7,584 nt of DNA from assembly GCA_905261645.1 (NCBI GenBank), contig CAJNOV010017209.1:84715-92298 (forward strand). Reading direction: 5' to 3'. Made by a program: the position numbers and the translations under genes. Numbering within the stretch: position 1 is the stretch's first letter; every line of letters begins with the position of its first letter. The notes beneath the pieces were generated by a model. The model made no database searches and was not told where the DNA came from. It worked only from the letters and a program-made list of their open reading frames with translations. Below, in pieces: positions 1-7,584 of this stretch. This DNA is from Rotaria magnacalcarata (taxonomy: Eukaryota).

Positions 1-92
1 TCTAAATCAATCGTATCATCTGTATACAGCATTCGTTGCCTAATATCTATGAAAAAAATTTCCTACAGTCAATAATTTTTCAAAAATTCCCC

Positions 93-106
93 CCTACGCG
101 CGTAGG
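93..106. repeat. Perfect 14-bp GC-rich palindrome
   Basis: cctacgcgcgtagg equals its own reverse complement; it stands out in AT-rich surroundings. Confidence 0.85.
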
Positions 107-381
107 CGTACACGGGTAGATTCTGTACCTCTGTTGACGAGTGATACATGGACATTTTTATTTTCTTCGTTGAATGGTTGCTTTAAATTAATCGTCATTC
201 TCTAATTAAATGGCAATAGAAGAAAAAATGATGTATCATTTAACCGAATCCGAAACTAGTGGCAACACTTTCGTATTCTCAGGGATACAGAACATATAAA
301 TGTCGGAAATAAAAACTATAAGAAAAAGTGAATCGACATCTTAATGCATGTAAAAGTGTCAGAAAATACATTCTCATTTCT

Positions 382-421
382 TGACAACAGAGTGCTGACA
401 CTCTAGGCACTACGGTTGTCA
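382..421. repeat. Nested stem-loop-forming inverted repeats
   Basis: tgacaac (382-388) pairs with gttgtca (415-421). Inside, agagtg-ctga-cactct (389-404) forms a 6-bp stem with tetraloop, or alternatively agtgc (391-395) pairs with gcact (407-411). Confidence 0.7.
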
Positions 422-509
422 TTTAGATGAAAATCAAACAAATTGTACATGATACGAAATTTTCCTCCCTGTAACCGCTAATCTGTTCGAATACAATGTC
501 TTCACTTAC

Positions 510-3500
510 TTCGTCGACATGACCAGAAAACTGATTAATATCGTATACTTTTGACATTAAATTAAAATACGCAGCAATTAATGCATGTATACCATGATAA
601 TTAGTTTTAGGTAATTTTCGTTGATCATCATCCATCATTTTTATTATTCCTGACTAGAATTTATTTCGGAAGAAAAATAAGAAGATATTTTCCATTGAAT
701 TATATGTAATTACTTGAATTTCAAAACAGAAATGAATTGCATCGACGAGCACATCGGGATCATCGGCTTCAAGTGTCACAATATTCATCAGACAATAGAT
801 AGCATAGAAAATCTTCCTTGTATTATTCTCGAATAATATACATTTGTAAAGTTGAGAACGAAATTGATGGCCGAACTAAAAGAAAATAATATTCCCCTTT
901 TGAAATTAAGAAAAAAAAACCTACTTTTTTCATAAAAGGAATATCAGAAAGACGACTTCGCTTTGTGTCAGTAGGTAGACCAAGCTGGGAAATATCTTGA
1001 AATATTCTAGAATAATAAACGAGATTATTGTTTTGATAAGTCGAATTTCGACGGACCTGATTTTCAATAATCTATCAGCATAATGCCGTCGATCAACAAG
1101 TAGCTGAAGAATTTCGAGTGCAAGTAATCGAAGTTCTAACTCAGGTGAACTTATTAATTTAATTAATGGATCAAATAATTGATGAGGAAATGTTGTTAGA
1201 ATTGATATTGTTTCGGAAGATTTTTCCGATTGATGCTGTATTGTAATCTAAGCGAAATTTTAATTAGAAAAATGCTTGTCGTCATCATTTGGAGTCAATC
1301 GAAAATCAAATAACTGCATCGCAAGATTAGCAAAAGAGAAGCGCAACAAAAACCTCGTGAGAATTCGAAGCAGGAGTTTGTCGAGCATGTTTTTTAAGAA
1401 TAATCTATTTTTTCCCCAAATATAATGAAGAACCGAAAGAGAAAAATGTACGTACTTTTTGCATTGTTTTAAGTAGAAGTAATTGAAGTCTAAAGTTTGA
1501 ACTACAAAAGAAAACAATATATAATTTATTATGGAAATAATCGTAGTGACAAATTTGAATCGCTTGTATGTTCTTCCGTATTTTGATACAGTGTTGACAA
1601 GGACGAGGCAATACATTGTATTATTTCCATCATTTGAAAATCAGGCAAATTTTCAGCGAAATCTTCTTTAAATAATGAAAAAAAGGATATTTTTTTATAG
1701 GAGATGTTAAATCCCATTTGTTAGAGCTTCGGATAACTTACCTATTCCACTGATAACTGCAGCTTGAAATTTATGTTCATCTGGATACTTTGGCGATCCT
1801 TTAGAGCGCTGAAGTTCGATTCGAAAAGATTTCTTTAGAAAATTTAAAAGATTTAATATTCCAGTAAATATTGTTGTTCCTATTGAATCAGAAAAATTGT
1901 ATTAAAATAATATTTTGCTTTTCGAATTCTTCTTACCTGCTCCTGTATTTGGCGCAGAAAAAACTAAGCAATCATGAATAACATTCATAATAGAGGTTCG
2001 TATATCTGTTCTATCGCGTATATTGAGATGATCGTCAAGATGATTAAGTAGTAAATCCGTAACCACGTAACTATTATGATGCTAAATACAAATAATGAAT
2101 GTTTTTCTTCTAATTAACCAATAAAATAATATTACTCTAATTGAATTCATTATCCGAGAAAAAATATATTTAGAGAAATCACCAGGAATCCATTTTGCGT
2201 TTTTATCTAAATGACTGAAGAATAAATATAAATAAGATAAAAATGATTCCACTGCTTTGTTTTTCATACACAAGAATCAATTCAACACATATGGATATAT
2301 TCGTATTACTGTGCGCACGATTAAAGATGTCTCGAAAGAGTATATCAGCCAAAGTCGATGTCTCCTCGTTAGTCATTTGTTCATTTTTTATAGTCACATT
2401 TTCCGGTGATACTATTGTTGTTCTGTAAACATAGAACAAGAAGAAATAAGTTTTTTCACGACGCTTCAAAAAGTCAATACGTTGCTTCTTGTGATTGATT
2501 TTGTTCTTCCACTTCCATGTTAAATATAATCGATGGCATTATTTGATCCATATGTTTCCAAGCGTCATTTTGTAATTCATCATTGGCTGTTTTTCGGAAA
2601 AGTGCATGATGCCCACGAAGACCAAGGCATCGTAATCTAATAGAAATATAATGTATTCTGGAGTGTGTTTACATAAAAGGTACGATGGAAAAGGGCAGAA
2701 ACGAAAAATATCGAAAATAAAATTGATACAAATGCAGATGGATAGAAATGTTGAAAACGAGAGTATATTGAAGTACAAGTCTCCCTCACCCTCAATTCAA
2801 TCTTACATGCTCATGTTCATCTCGCATTCTTGTTTTCGACATTTTTATTTTCGATATTTTTCCCTTTCTGCCTTTTCCCATCCATTCACATAACAACATA
2901 TGAAGATTACTTGTGACTAATTTTTTGTTAAATTTTATAGATCCATGGAAAATATACTATTTTATAGGAAATAAGTACCTAGTTTATCGAATCTATGACC
3001 TAAATGTGCTCTCGGGCCCTTATTTTGAAAAAAAACAAGTCATACTGTTTAAACCTGTATTAGACTCTCAAAACTATCCTACTGACTAAAATGCCCGACA
3101 CGTACTGAGTTCATACTTTGGAGTCACACATTATGCAATGAGCCTGAACAAGTTAGTAACGGCTGTTCTTTTTCCGGATTATCCGTCTGATAGTTTTAAA
3201 ACCACAATCTAATCTATACTTTAGCGCTTCGTTGAACGTTGACGCTTATCCATTTTCGCCAAAGACAATTATTGTCTACAGAATAGCGGCTTATTATTAA
3301 TCTGACGAAGGATTTCGAGCTACTCAGCAGCGCACATACGTATATACTCATTTTTAAGATACTTTGAAATATAGAATTCATTCTCTTTGCGCTTAAAATA
3401 TTTCCTGAGATTTTCATATCGTTGTTGTTTTAAAACAAGTTCCGCTACATACTTGATTTTATTCATTTCATCATGATAATAACAAAGTGCCGTGAAACGA

Positions 3501-4124
3501 TGAACGAAAAATTGATAATTTCTTTGATAATTTGGTGCTTCTTCTCGTATTTCACAGAATGACTCAAACTTTGCAAAAGTAAAACATTAATGTAAAATTA
3601 ATCACAAAACATCCTACCGAAGCAACAGCCTGTTCTATTAATTCTAAATCATCTCTTTCTTCAAGTACGAGACGTAATGTTTCTAAATAATCATCAACAA
3701 ATGTATTCAATAGTTGATAACATGATTTCACGATGTCATTCATTACTGTAATACCCAGTATTACATATCTAGACAAAATAGAACGCGTGATTTTCTACAT
3801 TTAATTGAATAAAACAAAATACATACGGTCGATTTCGATTATTTAAATAACGTGATATTTTCTCACATAAATATCGAAATGCTTTATCGAGTTTTTCTGG
3901 TCTTCTAACAGCATAAAATCGTAAACGTTCAAGATTATTTCTATCAAGGCCATGCTGCAAATGAATAGATAATGAATAAACACAAATGAATAACAAAAAA
4001 AGAAACTATTAAATATTATTCTATTTACTAGAGGATTCTGTGGAAATATATTATTGACTAGTCGTTTATATCGTGGCACTAGATAATGGCCGCAGCAAAA
4101 GCAGTTATTAATATACTCAGACAT
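510..4124 (-). CDS. EFR3: EFR3-family protein (rolling blackout / PI4K plasma-membrane scaffold), spliced, 15 exons, 3' end not resolved
   Basis: Minus-strand exons in transcription order (+ coordinates): 4029-4124, 3827-3954, 3618-3768, 3453-3568, 2481-2636, 2270-2422, 2136-2214, 1937-2081, 1742-1879, 1551-1665, 1456-1501, 1057-1247, 925-1006, 714-875, 510-653. All junctions are GT-AG; lengths sum to 1902 nt = 634 codons with no stop and every phase closes. Blocks matching remembered animal EFR3: MSEYINNCFCCGHYLVPRYKRLVNNIFPQNP; LERLRFYAVRRPEKLDKAFRYLCEKISR; FESFCEIREEAPNYQRNYQFFVHRFTALCH; LRCLGLRGHHALFRKTANDELQNDAWKHMDQIMPSIIFNM; HLDKNAKWIPGDFSKYIFSRIMNSIR; ENLPDFQMMEII; LLKIRIFQDISQLGLPTDTKRSRLSDIPFMKKFGHQFRSQLY; NYHGIHALIAAYFNLMSKVYDINQFSGHVDE. 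The exon 10/11 junction (1502-1550) and exon 11/12 junction are the least constrained. Confidence 0.93.
2637..3452 (-). other. Long intron (816 nt) of EFR3 between exons 4 and 5
   Basis: Donor ATCAA|GTATGT at 3452 and acceptor TCTATTAG|ATTACG at 2637 join ...HDEMNKIK and LRCLGLRGHHALFRKT with correct phase (AA|A). Most other introns in the gene are 49-76 nt, the next longest being about 208 nt. Confidence 0.85.
2684..2882. repeat. Imperfect inverted-repeat (fold-back / MITE-like) unit within EFR3 intron 4
   Basis: Left arm 2684-2722 (gatggaaaagggcagaaacgaaaaatatcgaaaataaaa) pairs with the reverse complement of 2843-2882 (gatgggaaaaggcagaaagggaaaaatatcgaaaataaaa). It includes a perfect 20-nt core gaaaaatatcgaaaataaaa (2703-2722 versus 2843-2862). 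A second, shorter pairing is gttgaaaac (from 2750) versus gtcgaaaac (reverse complement, ending about 2840). Confidence 0.75.
4029..4124 (-). CDS. EFR3: EFR3 first coding exon with Cys-rich palmitoylation-like motif and basic PRYKRLV patch
   Basis: ATG at 4124; reads MSEYINNCFCCGHYLVPRYKRLVNNIFPQNPL, then GTAAAT donor; acceptor TTTGCAG before exon 2 at 3954. N-terminal Cys cluster plus PRYKRLVDNIFP is characteristic of EFR3. Confidence 0.85.
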
Positions 4125-5188
4125 CTAAAGTTTTCATTGTAAAAAGAAAAGGCAAACAATAGAAATGAAATGAATTTGTTATCTTTCGTGTCGAATGTCA
4201 TATATAGATGAGTCACTGAATCCCCTAGTAAAACTTATTCAAGATGACGCTAATGTTTGATCGTGTAAAACAATTTGAAGTTGAATGAGGTGGAATTAAG
4301 TATCATATCCGTTGGAAATTGTACCTACGTTTGCTGCAGTCCACGCGAGAAGGCGAGTGTGGATGAAGAAAAGAGTAACACTTACACCACCGTAGAAACT
4401 AAAAACTATGATCTACTATTTGAAATTCATTCATTTATAAAAGTTCTTGCAGATCTTCATACTGTACTTAGAACCTTGTTTTTAGAAATATCTTCTGACA
4501 CCTAAGTGTTGTATACACTTTTATTTCAATATTTCCGAACGTATTTTTATCATCTTCCAAGAGATACATAAATGAGTTCTCAAGCAAATTTTACAGCCAG
4601 TCAACCGGATAACCTTTCGCTAAATATTCAGCTTTTAACCAGTCATGTATTAGTTTGAAGACGTGAAGCATAGCGGTTGGTTCTGATTTATGTTTTCCTG
4701 TAAAACTTGCTAAAACATCTTGCCACGGTTTTGAGTTTCCCATAGCTCACATTTCTTTAAATTTTTCACCAACATATTTATTACCATATACATCACACAT
4801 ATACAGTCGTTCTGTAATTCCTTGAAATCCACACATAGCACGATGAAATTGAAATTGAAGAATTTCCACAATGAAATATCTTAAATAAGGAACATTTGCT
4901 GCTATGTGATATTTTGTACCTGGATCAAAATTAATTTTCTCATTTCGAGGTATAGGTGCCATAATACCATTAATACTTAATATGAAGATCCCACCATACG
5001 GAATTTAATTCATTTTGACGGTCGCTTTGATTAGGAAACAATAAAAATCGGTATTTATCCATAACATAACTAAATGGTAGAAAAGCAACTTTTTCCAAAG
5101 CGAGACGTAAGAGAAAATTGATTTGATAATGTCTATGCACAGCTGTCTGCTCAAGAAAGCCCAATCTTATCAACTGTTCAGGTAAAAC

Positions 5189-5236
5189 TAATAGAATAGA
5201 GATCATACATCGTAAAATACAAAATAAAATTCATAC
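5189..5236 (-). other. Intron of the ACE-like locus (48 nt)
   Basis: Donor GCAA|GTATGA and acceptor TATTAG|TTTTACC give EAIGDTIAIFA-ILPEQLIRLG, ungapped against ACE EAIGDVLALSVSTPEHLKKIG. ORF 4970-5206 begins in this intron, so its first residues are not real. Confidence 0.75.
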
Positions 5237-5332
5237 TTGCAAATATTGCAATTGTATCTCCAATAGCTTCGAATTAGCTCCATCTTGAAAAGCAAACGGT
5301 TGTCTTTTATCGTAGGACATATAATATTCTAT

Positions 5333-5347
5333 ATGACCCATTTCATG
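5333..5347 (-). other. HEMGH zinc-binding motif of peptidase M2
   Basis: Reverse complement reads cat gaa atg ggt cat = HEMGH, in context TIHHEMGHIEYYMSYDKRQPFAFQDGAN. Confidence 0.95.
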
Positions 5348-5665
5348 ATGAATCGTACAATAATAATCATTATTAATTTCAGCGCACATTTTTATTCGAT
5401 AATCATCATAATATTCCATATCGATGGATCCTGCATGACAGACAACAGCGCGATCGGTCGGTTTTATAAATAAACTACGAGCCCAAAATTTCGGGGTCAT
5501 TGCATAAAGATCTATAGATGTAAAATAAGATTCAGCTTCTTTGAACATATCATGAACCGACACATTGTTTTGCTAATAATAGGTCTGCTATATTAACAAG
5601 TGGTGCATCAGGATAAGGAATAAGATGTTTAAAACGATCATGCCATGTTTGCGCCCACATATCAT

Positions 5666-5895
5666 CTATAATGATCGTTAATCACATATGAATGTATATG
5701 ATAGAATTATTTTCAAGCTGCTCTCTCTTATAGAAGTCCTCGCTGCGTAAACCATTCGACATAGAAACGCGACAGAGATTTTGAAACACGAAAAAAATGC
5801 AGTACTCTTTTGTATCGCGATAGTAATCATTTCTCTATGGATTCGTGGAAAACAAAACTATGAGTCATTCGTTATATATCTATAAATAAATCTAC
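5666..5895 (-). other. Intron of the ACE-like locus (230 nt)
   Basis: Donor CTCG|GTAGAT and acceptor TTATAG|ATGATATGTGG join ...MAVHIL to DDMWAQTWHD, matching the ACE HLLGNMWAQTW block without gap. Confidence 0.7.
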
Positions 5896-6076
5896 CGAGA
5901 ATATGTACTGCCATGGGTCCATTACAATCAAAACGATTTGGATACATTGACCATAGACGGTCACGAGCATACGCATGTAATTGTTCATACAATGGCATAA
6001 TATCTTGTAAGATTTAATTAATCACTGTTTCGAACTCTGTAACATTAGTCATTTCATATTGTTTAATCCATTGTTC

Positions 6077-6130
6077 CTAATAGCAAAAATAAATCCTTAT
6101 CTGATAAACTGATTCACATAGAATACTTAC
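6077..6130 (-). other. Intron of the ACE-like locus (54 nt)
   Basis: Donor GCT|GTAAGT and acceptor GCTATTAG|GAA join ...NGFTDLA to EQWIKQYE with phase preserved. Confidence 0.8.
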
Positions 6131-6814
6131 AGCTAAATCAGTAAATCCATTTGCTGTAACATTTTTATTTAATAAATCAATCAAAGGTAAGTCTATAGGA
6201 CGAACTTTATCCCCGCATTTATCATACCAACCTTTCCATACCCACAGTAGACTATCATAATCAGTTTCAACTTACATGAATCGTATTAAGTAGGGATCAA
6301 GTGCATAACATTTTTTAGAATTATTTAATTCGCAAACTTTTGTTGTTGAATAAATATCTTCTAATTTACTAAGTAAATCAGATATTTCTTTTGAATCATT
6401 ATCATTATGGTTAACTGCTTTTAATGCTAAACGGTCAAATTTTGAATCTTTCAAATGTGCATTAAATTTCTTTGCTATCGGTATTACTTTACGATTGAAT
6501 GGTAATTCAAGAAGAGTTTGTCTTGTCTGTGCTCGTTCATTTTCTTTATTTATATTCGTATCATAGTTCCAAAGAACAAGACTACTTGTCCAGATGGAAT
6601 GAATTTTTTCTAAATGAATGAAAAATGCATTTCTTAGGTAACTTGATAATTTCGTTTCGCTATGCGAAAGTACCATTTTAATCATTGTATAGCAGTCCAT
6701 TCATTTGAATAATCATCAATTATTGGCATATTTTTCATATCTTCTTCATTCAATTTATTCTATAATTCAACGTTAACTTGATCATTAGGATCAACTTGAC
6801 TTTTTTTCTGAGCG

Positions 6815-6880
6815 TCTTTGATACGATGTTGAACATTGAAATGAAGAAATAAGTGAAAAAGTAATAATTAAATTTTTCAT
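6815..6880 (-). other. Possible remnant of ACE-like signal peptide
   Basis: ATG at 6880 reads MKNLIITFSLISSFQCSTSYQ (hydrophobic N-terminus). The downstream acidic/polar spacer VQHRIKDAQKKSQVDPNDQVNVEL is in another frame, so a lesion or unmodelled splice would be required. Confidence 0.35.
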
Positions 6881-7374
6881 GAGAATCTAGAAAATCTTTT
6901 TTTCAAATATTGCTAGTGCAGCTTTTTTTCTCTCTCATTGCTATAACTGATTCATTACAATGTGAAATGTATATTTTGCTATTATTTGTACCTTGAAGTA
7001 TCGGATTCACTCATTCGGAACGAACAAAAAAAAACGCAGCAAATATCAATATTACTAAATATTTGATTAGTTTTAGTTAGTATTCATTTATACTGCTTTC
7101 TTAAAAATCAGTTAGAAATGAAGTGACTTTTGGCAGGCTTCCGTTTGTCAACGTCCGTGTAAGAATAAAAGGTACGAAGAATCAATGATTACTCAATGTA
7201 GTGAGAAAAAATACAGCGAAGTAATCAATCTCGATTTACCTACGCATTTTATTCTCTTTACGCATATTTTAAAAGTAGAGGGGGAGGCTACTGTAAGTAC
7301 AATAATATTCAAAAAACAGGGCGCATAGAAAAATGCAAGGGGGAAAAGGCGGATTTCGGATTTTTGGGATTTTT

Positions 7375-7394
7375 TTGGGATTTTGAAATCCCAA
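7375..7394. repeat. Short hairpin: 9-bp arms around a 2-nt centre
   Basis: ttgggattt-tg-aaatcccaa, preceded by repeated ggattt/gggatttt units (7351-7384). Confidence 0.7.
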
Positions 7395-7584
7395 AAGTGA
7401 ATGATGGAATTTCGATCTGAATTTTTTTCCATATGTAGGTCTCATGATCCTAAGAATATTCTAAAATTTTCAGAGCAAACGGATGTTTCCTTCTCAAGAT
7501 AATGAATGCGCAAGAAATACTCATTTCACGGCACGGTTAGAAAATCCAGGATTTTTTGAAAATTCAATATTTTAAGAAGGAAAC

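Larger units (their letters stand above)
4591..6880 (-). pseudogene. Angiotensin-converting-enzyme-like (peptidase M2) single-domain pseudogene
   Basis: Minus-strand segments aligning by recall to ACE: LWNYDTNINKENERA...KLEDIYSTTKVCELNN..CYALDPYLIRFM*VETDYDSLLWVWKGWYDKCGDKVRP...ANGFTDL (6131-6640); EQWIKQYEMTNVTEFETVIN*ILQDIMPLYEQLHAYARDRLWSMY (5896-6076); DMWAQTWHDRFKHLIPYPDAPLVNIADLLLAKQ / SVHDMFKEAESYFTSIDLYAMTPKFW..VVCHAGSIDM..HHEMGHIEYYMSYDKRQPFAFQDGAN / EAIGDTIAIFA (5237-5665); LPEQLIRLGFL...INFLLRLALEKVAFLPFSYVMDKYRF..NSVWWDLHIKY / GIMAPIPRNEKINFDPGTKYHIAANVPYLRYFIVEILQFQFHRAMC..CDVYGNKYVGEKFKEM*AMGNSKPWQDVLASFTG..LIHDWLKAEYL..DWL (4591-5188). Several stops and frameshifts interrupt it (see findings). 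Confidence 0.93.

Noticed and set aside
2243-2428. Plus-strand ORF of 61 aa
   Set aside because: Antisense shadow of EFR3 exon 6 and its adjacent intron; no independent support.
2651-2893. Plus-strand ORF of 80 aa
   Set aside because: Lies over the inverted repeat in EFR3 intron 4; low-complexity translation without homology.
4275-4505. Plus-strand ORF of 76 aa between the two genes
   Set aside because: No recognisable domain, no splice or family support, and length is compatible with chance; transcript evidence would be needed.
5285-5473. Plus-strand ORF of 62 aa
   Set aside because: Antisense to the clear ACE-like HEMGH exon.
4591-6274. Reassigned stop codons (for example TAA read as Gln) as explanation of the ACE stops
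   Set aside because: EFR3 has 634 codons without any internal stop, the ACE stops include both TAA and TGA, and independent frameshifts exist. Standard code with pseudogenisation explains everything.
6252-6275. 24-nt GT-AG segment (gtaagttgaaactgattatgatag) that could splice out the TAA at 6272-6274
   Set aside because: It is much shorter than other introns here, and removing it would delete residues (VETDYDS) that align without gap to ACE; better read as coding with a nonsense mutation.
7193-7432. Minus-strand ORF of 79 aa
   Set aside because: Covers the ggattt-rich hairpin region; composition and lack of any motif suggest non-coding.
1-7584. CRISPR array, tRNA/rRNA genes, toxin-antitoxin or other prokaryotic accessory system
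   Set aside because: No regularly spaced direct repeats, no cloverleaf or rRNA-like sequence seen by eye, and the loci are intron-containing eukaryotic genes.

Overview
AT-rich eukaryotic window with two protein-coding loci on the minus strand, found by joining short ORF fragments across GT-AG introns (mostly 48-76 nt). (1) About 510-4124: EFR3 / rolling-blackout family membrane-scaffold gene. I reconstruct 15 exons giving 634 uninterrupted codons, including an N-terminal Cys cluster (CFCC) and the PRYKRLVNNIFP, FYAVRRPEKLD, GLRGHHALFRKTANDEL and DIPFMKKFGHQF blocks. The expected C-terminal part is not found in the remaining 509 nt. (2) About 4591-6880: decayed, single-domain, angiotensin-converting-enzyme-like (peptidase M2) locus. 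It keeps recognisable HEMGH, EAIGD and KYHIAANVPYLRYF motifs but carries at least three in-frame stops and three frameshifts, so it is probably a pseudogene. The intact EFR3 frame on the same contig is an internal control against poor sequence quality. The fourth EFR3 intron is unusually long (816 nt) and contains a roughly 199-nt imperfect inverted-repeat unit that looks like a fold-back/MITE insertion. I see no rRNA, tRNA, CRISPR array or prokaryotic-type defence system. The short introns would fit a compact invertebrate genome (for example a rotifer), but taxon is inference only.
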